NCBI GenBank assembly: GCA_965240325.2 | Contig: OZ251222.1 | Location: 3,596,001 to 3,660,000, forward strand | DNA length: 64,000 nt | Source of the DNA: Rebecca billardiae RCC1528 | Taxonomy: Eukaryota > Protista > Haptophyta | Reading direction: 5' to 3' | In this document: piece by piece, positions 13,005-25,151 of the stretch | How positions within the stretch are numbered: the stretch's first letter is position 1 | Layout: every line of letters begins with the position of its first letter | Translations under genes and position numbers: made by a program | The notes under the pieces: generated by a model | The model's input: the letters and a program-made list of their open reading frames with translations, nothing else | Told to the model about the DNA's origin: nothing | Database searches by the model: none

Positions 13005-13299
13005 GACGAGCAGCACGGACGCAGGTGACGGCAGAGCTGGTGCGACGGCGAACGTGCACCCCCTCGCCGACCCGGCCGACTCGCCAGACCTCGCTGCAGC
13101 CATGGCGGTCTTCGGGGCGCACAACTTGTCACAACCCACTGCATCTGCGAGCAAATCGAGAAGAGGCGGAGGTCGGGTGGCGGCCGTCGCCCAAGCAGCC
13201 GTCGCAGCGAGAGCATGCTCGGCCCGAGCAGCGCCACCGGCCGCACAGCGTGACCGGCCGACGCGTGCGTCGGCGGCCGGGTCCGGACGAGAAGTCGCC

Positions 13300-14773
13300 T
13301 GAGCACGATGGCGCACGCTCGACCGGGCGGGCTGCACGGCGTTGGTCGCCTCGCTCGTCGAGCCTGCGCGGCGAGCGGCGGAGGGTCGACGCCGCAGTGC
13401 AGGGGTCGCACGCGCGAGCGCGCGCAGCCGGTCAGCCCAGCGCAGCCGTGCACGCCGCGCGACGAGCGCGAGCGCGAGCGCGCGCGCGCGCCGCGTCGCT
13501 CGCGCGCACAGCGGGTCACGCCGCCCGCCGACGAGGCGCGCGTCTTGGTGGTCTTGATGAGCTTGGCGTCGAGCACCTCCGCATGCTCGTGCGCGGCGCT
13601 GACGATGCGGCGCGCTGCAGCGTGGACGGGATGGAGAGGCGACCGGCCATCGGCGCAGGTGGCACTCGTGGCCCCGGTCGTCGGTGTCGTCACGCGCGCT
13701 CGCTCGGCCCCGGCGGCGGCGGCGGGGGCGGCGGCAGGCGTGACCAGCGCGTGCGTGGCGGAGGGCACAGCCGACGAGCCGACGGCAGCACAGATCTTGG
13801 ACGGGATGGGCGTCGCGACCTCGCTCGTCTCGCAAGCCGAGCCTGCGCAACGGGGCAGCGGGCGGCGGCGGGCGCGCGCAGCCAGCCAGTCATCATCAAT
13901 CAGGTCAGCCCCAGCCGCGCGCTGCGCGCCGGCGAGCGCAGGTCGCCCGCGCGCACCGATGGCCGCGTCGCCCTGCGACGCGCGCGTCGCGAGAGTCTTG
14001 ATGAGCACGCCGCCGAGCATCTCCGCCTGCTCGTGCGCGCCGATGGCCTTGTGAACCGCTGTAGCTTCAGACTGAGCCGTGCTGAAGAAGGCAGCGGTGT
14101 TCGCCGCAGCTCCACTTGGCGGCGAAGTCGTCCGTGCACGCACGCACGCCGCGTGGGCATCCGCGCCCGAGGCACTGGCAGCAGGAGCGGCGGTGAAACG
14201 GTCGTCCTCGGCAGCGACGGCGACGGTGGCAGCCGCAGCGGACGACAGGCTGTCCGAGACGGCTGGCAGCAGCACGGACGGCGACCGGGTGTCCGTGTTG
14301 GCGGGAAGCGGGGTCTTCTCGCGCGTCAGCGTGGCATCAGGCTTCGCCGTGAGCACGGTCAGCTCCCGCTCTGAGCCTGCGCGGCGGGTGCGGGTGGGCG
14401 TGATCGAACGGCACCAGCGGCGCGCGCGTGAGCCGGCGAGTGTACGGACGATGAAGCCCGCGCGGGCGCGCGCGCGGGCTCGCGCCCTCGTCTGCAGTCG
14501 GCCGCCCGCGGCGCAGGGAGCTCGCGGTTGGTGGACGAGGACAATGCCGCCGCGCGTGCGATCGCGTAGCGTACCATGCGGCACCCGGCGCTCGGCGGCC
14601 TCCTTCGCCCAGGCACCGACGCCACCGCGGGATGCCAAGCTCACGTTGAGCAGGTGTTCGTCGGCAGCCGCGTACGCGCAGCCAGCGACGACAGCGGCGA
14701 GGAGGAGCGCTCGAGTGAGTGCTGCTGCGGCCGGGCGGGCCAGCGGGACACCGCGCTGCTTGCTCTGGCGCAT
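13300..14773 (-). CDS. Hypothetical secreted protein, probably with introns
   Basis: ATG 14773 starts MRQSKQ...ALLLAAVVAGCAYAAA, which is signal-peptide-like. An internal repeat AHEQAEMLGGVLIKTLATRAS / AHEHAEVLDAKLIKTTKTRAS is present. The 3' end is uncertain. Confidence 0.35.
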
Positions 14774-15503
14774 GTTCGTCGGCGAGGAGGGGTGATGCGT
14801 CCGCGCGCTCGGCGAACTTTGCGTCAGCGCTGTAGGTGGCGCGGACGAAGGGCGGAAGGGTTCCGCACTTCGCATTTGCGGTCTGACTTTGCGCTCGTGA
14901 TGACAAGCCAATTTGTCCGCGCAGGGCGATCCGCGCATCTTCGTCAGGCCACCGCACGGACCAGGGTAGATACCGTCGTCGTGGTTCTTCTTCTCACTCT
15001 CGCTTTCTCAAGGCCTGGCCAGGGTCGTGCAGCACATGTACAACGCAGCGAATTAATTTGCACTACGGCCCTCGGTCCAAGCTCGGTCCTTGGCTGCACC
15101 AAGCCTCTGGCGGATTCCCTTCGCTCGCCCCAAAAGAACATTGACGAACATCATCATCCTTGGCTCCCCAGCACCTTCGGATCAGACGGGGTTGAAGGAA
15201 CAAGGTACCGCCGTACCGGTAAGGTAATACCCTCATAAATGAGTGGTGATAGTTGCCTACTGTATCTCGCCTGCCTACCGGTAAATTCTAGTATGATAAA
15301 CAGTAGAGCCTGGATCCTGGTTGATGAAGCCGGGTATCACCAGGGATATCTTCATACGAGACATCATATCGGCAGGACTCACCTTCCTGAGAGCTGGGCG
15401 TCTCATATTCTTAGTATCAAAACGTGTACCCGCTGATGAACGACGGTCTGATGAAGTGATGAACAACTCTGATGGCCTGATCCACTCAAGTCCACCCTCC
15501 CAC

Positions 15504-16083
15504 CAAGGGAGGTCCGGGCCGGGAGCTCCTGACCAGCGAGCGGCCAGCGCGACATCACTGCAAAGTTTTCCCTGAGCGCCGGGCGGCGGCAGCGGCGAGG
15601 GCGAGTACTCCGCTGGCGGGGCGCGCACGGGGCACAGCGCTGCGGGCGCGGATGTGCCCGCAGAGCCGGCGCGCGCGGACGGGCTGTTGCGGGAGAGCAC
15701 TCGGCGCCCTCCTGCGCCGCGCGTCTTGCGCCACGCCTCTTTCGCCTCGGCTCAGGGCAGCGCGCACGGCGCGCGCGCGGTCGGCTGCGGCGCAGGCAAG
15801 GCTGGCCTTGACGCGGCGCGAATGTGCGCGCTGCCCTGAGCCGAGGCGAAAGAGGCGTGGCGCAAGACGCGCGACGCAGGAGGGCGCCGAGTACTCTCCC
15901 GCAACAGCCCGTCCGCGCGCGCCGGCTCTGCGGGCACATCCGCGCCCGCAGCGCTGTGCCCCGTGCGCGCCCCGCCAGCGGAGTACTCGCCCTCGCCGCT
16001 GCCGCCGCCCGGCGCTCAGGGAAAACTTTGCAGTGACGTCGCGCTGGCCGCTCGCTGGTAGCTCCCGGCCCGGACCTCCCTTG
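15504..16083. mobile_element. Non-autonomous foldback DNA transposon, copy 1 (P/Galileo-like)
   Basis: Termini CAAGGGAGGTCCGGGCCGGGAGCT ... AGCTCCCGGCCCGGACCTCCCTTG with ~260-bp inverted arms. Flanks ctcccac / ctccgac match at 6 of 7 positions (TSD). Confidence 0.85.
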
Positions 16084-19059
16084 CTCCGACCGGCTCAGGT
16101 ATCGTGTACGCCGAGAGCCGCAGATTTCTGGAGATTCTCCCCCGTCGTCGGACAAGATGTTTCAGGGCGCTGGCCGAGGCTTCCTCAGCTCCACGCGCCC
16201 GGCACTGACTACTGACGACGCTGAGATCAAGATCGGCCCCTCGCTGTGGTCGGATGGTCCACTCGATGCAGCGGGCTATGCTGATGAGCTGAATAGTGGG
16301 CTCAGCGACGCCGCGATGACAGTGTCGTCGGTGCCCTGTCCGAGGAGGCTGGAGGACGCCGATCGATGTCGGCCCAATGCGGTCCATCCCAGCTCGCGGG
16401 GCTTCATCATATGGAGCGCCCCGCAAGACAGTCTTGCCGAGCCCGTCCGCCGTCGGCGGTCTCACGGCGGAGCAGCGGCAGCTGGCCACGGCCCACAGAC
16501 GCACGGCACGCACGTTGTGAGGCCGCAGTGCAGCGGCAGTGCTGAGTGCAGGCGGCGCGTCAGCCCTTGGCACGGCTGTTTTCACACTCCGTCGTCACCG
16601 TAGATCGAACCGCCTACGGTCTCGGTGACGCGAACGCCCAACCGCCCGTCCGCCGGTCCGCGCGCCGCCCGCAGAGGCCAAGGCGGTCCGCTCAGGGCGG
16701 CTATCAGTAGTCGGCTCGGATTCAGCTCATTCAGCCCGCCCGCGACACTTCCGGGACGCCAGCAACCATCAGTACTGCATACTGCTCGTATATAAGTTCC
16801 CGAGTTATCTATGATATTATGGCGCACGCCCCCCCCGAAAGGTCTGAGCGTGAGCGAAAGCCGGGGGGGGCGGCGCACGTGCTCCGCAAAATCAAAAAGA
16901 GGATGCGCGCAGGATTTTGGGGATTTTTCGGTAGGTGGCCACCGCGTATGAGTGGATATCGCTGCCGCAATGATTGCGTTTGTACTGCCCCTTAATTTTA
17001 ACGATAGTAACACTTAGGGGAATGCAGGGTGGAATAGCACATAACACCAGCCGTGTGTTAGAACATTCCGTCATAGTAAGATGCCTGAATTGTAAGAGCC
17101 TGAAACAGCTCGCCAACCATAGAAACGATAGGTTGGGTCGTCAGCTTTGATTCACGCGCTTCTGAAAAACAGCGTTTTAGATTAGACGCATCCCTCTTCT
17201 CTTAAGAGAACTGGTGGGCCGTTCGTGATGGTGGGCCGTTCGTGATTCTCCTGCTGATATACACTTTTGGTTTGCTGTTTCCAATTCAAAGAGTAAAGTA
17301 TCGTCTCCTATTATCCTTCTCCTCTGAAGAGAACCACACTTCAAAAACAACGTTTCAGTATCAACGTATTACAATGCGGGTGGGATTCGACATCTCTATC
17401 TGCGAGGATTAACAGCTCTCTGAAAACGAGTGTGTCCTGGACAACTTGAAAGGGCAGCGATCGGCTTTGATTCTGCCTCTTGTAGTAAAGTTTTATGGTA
17501 CGAGTTAACGAACCGTCACTTCTGGTATCTCTGGTCGCGAACAGTCACGATCCAACCGCCGCCCGCACGTCGGCGCGAGTCCCGGTGCGATGCGGCGGCC
17601 TTTGTAGCGGCCAGGCGGAGGCGTCGGGGGCGGCGGCTGAAGGGAGCGAGGGCGGTGGTGGCGGCACGGACGAGGGAGGCGCGCCGAACGGCATGTCCGT
17701 CCTCACCCTCGCCAGCGGCGGCCGCCCGCGCGTCACCGCCGCCGGCTCTCAGCCGACGCCGCCGCCCGCGAGTGCCGCCTGAATGAACGGCGCGCGGCGA
17801 GCGCGTCACGGCAGGCGGCGGGGGCGGCGACTGCAGAGAGCGAGGGCGATGGTGGCGGCGCAGTCGAGGGAGGTGCGCCATCCGGTCAGCGCGGCGGCGC
17901 GGCGCGCGGCCGAGCGCGGGAGCCTGGGCGGCGGCGGGCGCGCGGCGGGGCATGTGCCATGTGGCGCATGTGCTGCCCGAGAGGCTGGCGCACTCGCCCA
18001 GCGCCGCCGCGCACACCGCCGCCGACCTCGCGCGCACGACCTCCGTCAACTCCTCCGTCAGCGGCGGAGAGCGCGTCGCCTCGCCGCCCACGCTGCCGCC
18101 CAGCCGGTTCGTCATCCGAGCGCTCGCCGGGCGCCCGCGGCGTCACGGCGGCGTGCGCCGGGCCGCGGTCGCCGCCTACTAAGTGGTGGGACCGCCGCTG
18201 GGGGGCGGGGCGGGCGGAGGAGATGGCGGTGGCGAAGGAGGACGCGGTGGTGGACGTGGACGTCACGCAGTCCGAGCTGCACTGGCTCATCCACCTCCTC
18301 TCTGCACTCGACCCGCCGCCGTCACCGACGGCGCAGCAGCTGGCGGCGGCGATGGTGGCGGGCGCGGCCGCGGCCGAGGCGGGCGCGCGCCGCGCGCGCC
18401 GCTGCGGCGGCGTGGAGCGGCGGGAGCTGAGCGGCGCGCTGCTGCACACGCAGTCACGCTGCGCACGTGCTGCAGACGCTGTACGAGCGCGCCACCGCCG
18501 ACGCCGTCGCGCCGCCGCTGCCCCCGCCGCACCGGCACCGTCCGACCGTCCGACCGTGTCGTCACAAGCCGCGGCTGCTGCTCACATTCACAAGCTCACT
18601 AGCTGCGTGATGGTGACTAGCCACTAGGGCCGTGCGCCCTCAACTTCGTTGTTCACTACCCGAAGATCGGCGTAGCCGATCATATTTATATATATATATA
18701 TGGTCCGCTCGTAATAACGAGTCACAACTCACATCAGCACCATCAAGTAGCAGCAGTCCCACTGATGCCACTGCTGCAAGCTTCGACCAGTACCACTACA
18801 GACGAATCAGGAGAGCTGCGCCCTCGTCAGTCGTCAGGCTGTGTCACTCGTCATCTTTAAATTCTGGCACTATTCTTAACTAGTCTTAGAATTATTATTA
18901 GTGAGTCCAGCATGGTAATCAGTTACGACCATAGTCAGACCCCGGCCCCGGTCAGTCGCCACTGACAATGTCCGGCCACAGGCGGCCATTCTCACCCTGG
19001 AATCGGGTTCCGACTGTTCCCTTCCGTCTGGTGACCGGTAACGGTTCCAGAACTGACGA

Positions 19060-19616
19060 CTACGAGTCCGCCTCGTCAGCTTCTCTTCTCGCCTGCTCGA
19101 ACAGCTCTTGCTGCTGCCTAGCGAGCTCATCTGCACTCAGCCCACTGCTGCCTGCGCGGCGTCGCTTCTTCTTCGCTCCGCGCTCGGACTTGACGCCCGT
19201 CGTGTCGAGTGCATCTGCGTGTCGGTCAAAATCCAGCGCGCGAATGGCACGTACTGCATGATCTGGCGTGATCACCTTTTTCCGGTCCTGCTCGCAAACG
19301 GTGCTCGCCTCAAAGGCAACCGCGAGGATATACTCTCGAATGCACTCGCGGACCGCATCCAGTGCACTTGCCGAACATCGCATACCTGACGGAAGTGCGG
19401 CCGTCATCACGTTCATTACACTGGCTGGGAGGGGGGGGGGGAGTTCGGGTGCAAACGCCAAGGGGAGGCAGATGAGCTCGCGAAGGACGCCGACAGACGC
19501 ATACACGCAGTCGCTGTGGGAAGCACTTGCTCGTCTTCACCTTTTGGCAGCTGCGTGTCCGGTCGGCTCGAGCCGCCCGCCAGGTCCTCGTCCATTTCAT
19601 CGCCGCCATCCTCCAT
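19060..19616 (-). CDS. DR1: Negative cofactor 2 beta / Dr1 histone-fold transcription regulator
   Basis: LPKASVMNVM...CIREYILAVAFEASTVCEQDRKKVITPDHAVRAIRAL and C-terminal LSADELARQQQELFEQAR. GT-AG intron 19425-19540 joins the frames. Confidence 0.9.
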
Positions 19617-19642
19617 TGAAGAACAGTGGGAGACGGGTGGTA

Positions 19643-19690
19643 CAGTTTACTAAGAATAAGAGACGCACACAGCTCAGGCAGGCGAGACAG
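19643..19690 (+). mobile_element. 48-bp TA-flanked insertion, a solo transposon terminus (CAGTTTACTAAG family)
   Basis: acgggtggTA[cagtttac...gagacag]TAtggagcgctcgttggaactt. The reverse complement of 20281-20310 shows the same site without the insertion. Confidence 0.75.
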
Positions 19691-20302
19691 TATGGAGCGC
19701 TCGTTGGAACTTGACGCCGGTTTGGCGCCCGCGCGGCGAGGGCGACGACGGGCGTACACGGGGCCTGCGGCGGCGGGAAGCGCGCGGGCGCGGCCGAGAA
19801 CGGAACGGTCCGGACGCCTCTCGCCAGCCGCGGACGCGCACCGCGCCTCCTCCTCGCACGCTGCTAACTTGATCCGGGTTAAACGGTGGTTTTGCTGCCG
19901 ACCAGCTCAAGTTTCACGGCTGGTCAAGGTTCGGCTTGCGACCTCGCCGCTGGTGCTTGCAAGAAGGTACACGAGTTGGTCGAACTCCCACGCACCCGCT
20001 CTGCGCTCGTCGACGCCCTCTGAAGGTGACTCGGGGTGCATGCGGGGCAGTGGAATGCAGTGGTTCGGCGTTGCCTCTCAGTCGTCCAGCGCGCAGGCCA
20101 TGTAGCGCGGGTGTGGTGCGCGCATGGCCCGGTAATTCGGTCGCGGCATGTCTGTCTGGGCTGCCCAAGGCCTGCCGCACCGCGAAGCGAGCGCTCAGGA
20201 GCGTGTGCCGACCGTGCCAGCCCCGCCGAGATGGGGCACTTCGCTGGGAAATGCGGTGTCAAGTTCCACCCCCGCTCAATAAGTTCCAACGAGCGCTCCA
20301 TA

Positions 20303-21590
20303 CCACCCGTTCCACGGGGTGTTGTTCCGCCTCCAGGCGCCCCGCACCCGGCTCGTGGCGGCAGGATGGCGATCAAGTGGCGCGTGGCCGACGTGCGGCC
20401 CGAGATATACGTGACTTGGGCGCCGCGCGCCGCGCTGGCGGGGCGGCCGGGACCCATGCGCGCCTTCGAACCCCCGGCGCCCGCGTGCTCATCGGCTTCC
20501 TCCGCCTGCGAGTAGCCCACGACCGCGCCCGCCGCGCTCTTTGAGTGGGTTGACCGCGCCCGAGCCTGCTCGCCGCCGAGCGCAGGGATGAGTTGAGCAC
20601 GGCGCGAGGCGGCGATGGCGGTCGGGCGATCGCATGAGCCCATTTGGGCCCCATCTGCCACGGCGCGACCGCTTCAGCATGCGTATGTGACCCCACATGT
20701 CATGGTTGTCTCATGTCGGGCAGCAGGTGAGCACTGTCGGCCAGCATGTCAGCGCGCGCGCGCGCGCTCGCGCAAGGCTATACAGGTCGGATGCCGCTCC
20801 GTGGCGTCTCGTGATGTCTGCACTACGCAAACTGGCTGGCACGATTGGTCCGCATCTGTAGTTATGCGACGCCTGCCGTGTTTGCGACGAGAAGTCAAGC
20901 AAGTTCTTCTGGTGACCAGAGTTGCCGTCAGCATTGACGCACGTTGCGAGCTGGCAGAGCAGTGAAGGTCATGCCCTTGCTGGCCCACGCTGGGCAATAC
21001 ACGGTAATCAGCATGTCCTGATGCCAACTGTGATGTGTTTCCGACCCGTCTGGCCCTGCACAGGCGCGGCGCGCGCGGACACGCTGGCCAACAGTGCTCG
21101 CCCGCTACCCGACATCCATGACAAGTGGGGTCACATACGCATTCTGAAGCGGTCGCGCCGTGGCAGATGGGGCCCAAATGGGCTCATGCGATCGCCCGAT
21201 CGCGATCGCCGCCTCGCGCCGTGCTCAACTCATCCCTGCGCTCGGCGGCGAGCAGGCTCGGGCGCGGTCAACCCACTCAAAGAGCGCGGCGGGCGCGGTC
21301 GTGGGCTACTCGCAGGCGGAGGAAGCCGATGAGCACGCGGGCGCCGGGGGTTCGAAGGCGCGCGTGGGTCCCGGCCACCCCGCCAGCGCGGCGCGCGGCG
21401 CAAACAGCAACTCCTCGACAGCAGAGCGCGTGGATCGCCGCGACGTCGACGTCGCCCGCCCGCCCCCGCCCCCTCTCAACGGCCGCGGCCCCGCGTGCGC
21501 CCACTGTGGTCCGGGAGCTCATGAGGTCGTGTCACGACCTCATGAGCTCCCGGACCATGTCCGAACTAATCGCCTTTCTGGAACGGGTGG
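20303..21590. mobile_element. Putative foldback element with 12-bp terminal and ~340-bp internal inverted repeats
   Basis: CCACCCGTTCCA (20303) and TGGAACGGGTGG (ending 21590), with ATA on both sides. Inverted arms at about 20420-20760 and 21070-21401. Confidence 0.6.
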
Positions 21591-21680
21591 ATACCCTTAC
21601 CAGTCCTGCCCGCGTACAGTTTACTATAAGGTAAGACTACAGTTTACTAAGAATACGAGACGCACACAGCTCAGGCAGGC

Positions 21681-24600
21681 TAATAAATTCCCCTTTATAA
21701 CGGGCTCCGGGTGATCAGACTGGCGGCCGAAGCCTCCAGCCCTACCCTGGCCAGCCCCCAACCAACCACCACCCTCACCCAACCTCAAACCACTGACCGA
21801 GACACCTAGTGCCTTGACACCACTCCACTGCGGACAGCCCGCCTCCAGAGGGGGCGGGGGTATGCCATTGCCAGCAGCATACAAGCCCAACACTGTGGGG
21901 TGGTCCCAGGTACAAGCAGTGCACTGCCTTGCAATTCGAGATCATCGGGTGTGAGCCGAGTCGGCAGACGGGGCACCCCCTAGGGTGCCCCAGTGTGGGC
22001 AGAGGACCAGCCACTAGCCGATCCCTGCGCGGGGAAGGGGACGGAGGGGACTATCAGCGAGCCCAGTAGCTGGGCAGGGGTCTGGGCCACTGGCCCTGGC
22101 CATGAGGCGCCTGTACTTCACTCGTGCTGCTATGGAGGCAGAGGGGGTCATGTCAGACATGTGTGCGACATCGGGCATCAAGTCAGGGCGTGGGCCGCTG
22201 TAGGACGCAAGCAGAGTGGTGGCGATGGCTAATATGTCTGGGGAGGTGTCGTTTGCGCGCCTCTTCCTGCTGCTCTTTGCAGGGGTTAGCGTGCTCCGCT
22301 GCGTAGGCTGAGCCTGCCTGCCAGTTGGTGCTAGGATAGGCACATTTGCCTGGCGGGGTGGGCAGTGTCGTTTGGACGGGGGGCTGTCTTGCTGAGCTTG
22401 ACGAGGAGGAGGCGGCCTGCGCCTGGGGGCTGCCAGTGGCCTGGCAGAGCCAGCAGGTGGCTGTGCGGCCTGCTGTCCAGTGTCTGACTGTGCAATGCAG
22501 TTGTGAGCTCCGTTACCAGTGTGACTGCCAGCAGCGGGGTCTGCCTCAATCTCAGGGCCCCCATGTGTCAACACATTGTCAGACGGACGCACATCGCGGC
22601 GGGCCAGCGGGGTGGCATATTGGAGCGGCCATGCCACAAGAGGTGTGGCAGGCTGCAGAGGCCACGCAATCACCATAGGGAGGGGGCGCGCACGCTGTAG
22701 AGGCCATGCCCGCAGGAGTAGCTGAGGGCGCACGTGGTGACCGCGCACTATTGCCTGGTGCAGGTTGGCCTGCCCCGCGTCTGCCTGCCAGCCCTGGCCA
22801 GCCTGGGCAGGGGGTTGCTGCTGGATGACAGGTGGCCCTTGTAACTGATTATTAATGGCAATTGCCCCTCCTGGGCCTGCCTGTGCCTGTGGGGGAGGGG
22901 GCTGCCCCCCCGGGTCGCGCCCAGGCGGCGGCCGAAGCTCCCTGGCATGTCGAAGGAGACGCCCTGCCTTTGACAGCTGGGAGTCCACGTCCTTGCGGGC
23001 CTGCATGATGCCTAGCCCTGCCTTCAGTAAGGCCACGTGCATGGTCCTGCCGAGATGCACGTTGCCCCCCACAGTGGTCTTCAGTGTGCTGGGCACCCTG
23101 CCCATGAGGGCAGCCCCAGAGCACACATGTCGTGCCAAGTTCCATGCTGCGGCCTGTCCCTGCATGAAGGGCTCAATTATATGCGATATGCTTCTGACAG
23201 CAGCCTCGCGGTAGGCATCGACCTCAGGGCACTCGGAGAAGAGGTGGTGCTCAGTATCTGGCGCTGGATGTAGCAGTGGAGCATGATCGCAGAGGGGGCA
23301 GGCATCGCTAAATGCCGCCCCCGACTGGAATCGCACAGAGAACAACGTCGGGTCTCGCAGGGCAGCCGGCTGCAGGAACTCATAGCCGTGGTGGAGTATG
23401 TAGTAGGCAGGCACAGTGCTGGCCTGCCAGGTCCGTAGGACGCCTGTGGAGGCCTCTGGCCACACGCCAGTCCATTCACCCACCAAGTCACAGCTGGACT
23501 TGGTGGCTTGCAGGTGGGTTGCCCTTTGTGACAGCACACTGCCATACACAAGGGGCTTGATTCTGCCTGCCACTGGCTCTCCGTCTGCTAGCTCAGCTAG
23601 CTGCACCAGCGCATGGGAACCAGCACTTGGGTGGCCACCTCGCTTGTGAGTCACACAGGGGGTTGTGGGGTCAGAGCAGCAGAGCTTGGCCCCAGCATCG
23701 CTGCATGCGTTGAGCAGGGTTTTGGGGTTCATCCCTGCTTGGCGCAAAGCTGCCACACTGTGTTGGCTGACAGTGCAGTGCTGGTCCCCCTGGGTGTGTG
23801 TGAGGTGGAGGTGTAGCGCAGCCGCATCGTCAGCAGAGTGTGCCTTGACATGCTCAAATGAAGTGGTGCTGCCATGCCGCAAGCGACGCCAGCCCACCAG
23901 GCTCATGACCCTGGCGATGTATGGGGCGTACGCGTGGTGCCCCTGCCGCAGCCGTCGGTCCCAGGGGTCGTTCTGCCACATTTCGGCGGCCTTTACCATT
24001 TCCTGCAGGTCAGTGCACACCAGCAGGTTGGCAGTGGGGTCTATCTGCACCAAGGCATCAGTGATGGCCATGAATTCGGCTGGGCCTGGCGCCTGGTGCC
24101 CCTCGAACTTGGAGCAATACACATGCACAGGGGCAGTGTAAGTGTTGCTGCTGTAAAAGGAAAAGGCACACGCAGCCTGCCCGTTCTCCGCATCGAATGA
24201 GCCGTCTGTGGCCACCATTAGCATGCCAGGTACAGGAAGTGCCGGCAGATGGCGGGGATTGGGTGGGTCACAGATATTACGCTTGGCGGCAGGCACGTGC
24301 CCCAGGTACCTGTAGTAGCTCTGGTCGGTCAGGACTGCCCTCAGCATATCCCTCACTGCCAGTATCACCGCTGGGCGGGACCTATGTGGCAGTGAGGACA
24401 GCTCCGCATAGAACGCAGTGGAGACCATCTGTCTTGGCGGCTGCTGCATGAGCACACCTAGCAACACGTGCTGGGTACCGTTCACCAGTGAGTGCTCGAT
24501 CCGGCTGAGCATCTCTCCGTTCGCGTCAGGGAGGCCGTGTGGTGCCAAGCAGGGGAGGGCAGCTGCCCCTGGCATTGCTGCGAGTCTTGTATATGCCCTG

Positions 24601-25050
24601 TGGGTCCGGTTTGTGGCCAGCATCCCGAGCCCGGGGGCCAGCTGCTGCATCAGCTTGCTGCCGAGGTTCACTTCGGATGGGAGCAGTGCCCACCCCATGC
24701 GTCGTACAGAATTTCTCCCTGTGACGATGGTGGAGGCAAATGTAGAGGCGCCGCGTACGCGCGCCCGCGCCGGGTGCTCGACTGATTGCAGGGCACCCAT
24801 GGCTGCCATGGACGTGCGCGCACATAGCCCATGTGGGTCATCTGCCAGGAAGTGGTAGTACGCGTGTGCCTGGACACTCTCCAGGTGCGCATGTAGGTTG
24901 ACGAGGCCGAGGCCCAGGAACTGGGGAGGAAAGCACGCTGCCTCGTATGCGATGCGCCCTGGCAGGGCAGCACTCCTGACCACTGGCTCCACCATGAGGC
25001 TCTGCAGCTGGTTGAGTCTGCCCCTGGACATGCCAACCACCTCGCAGAAG
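21681..25050 (-). mobile_element. 5'-truncated non-LTR retrotransposon (end of RT region, RNase H, CCHC finger)
   Basis: Intronless ORF 22014-25050 with lower CpG content than neighbouring genes. Motifs: GLGLVNL; RNase H VATDGS...AEFMAI...VCTD...HVKAHS...NACSDAGAK; CPLC-x13-HLFSEC. Flanked by a duplicated agaata..gagacgcacacagc..ggc sequence. Confidence 0.85.
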
Positions 25051-25151
25051 TAGAATAAGTAAGAGACGCACACAGCGACTCCAAGGGCAAGGCGAGATTA
25101 CATCATCAGTATTTTTGGTCCGGGCGACCGGGCCGGAGCTTCTCCGCGGCG

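Noticed and set aside
17430-18627. Several overlapping GC-rich ORFs
   Set aside because: No consistent frame, motif or splice model could be supported.
19643-19690. Spliced-leader or small RNA gene
   Set aside because: TA duplication, inverted copies and indel decay fit a transposon terminus better. No Sm site or tandem array was seen.
25051-25073. Supplied ORF start (MCVSYLFYF) for the retrotransposon
   Set aside because: These codons derive from the flanking target duplication. The element is 5'-truncated near 25050.
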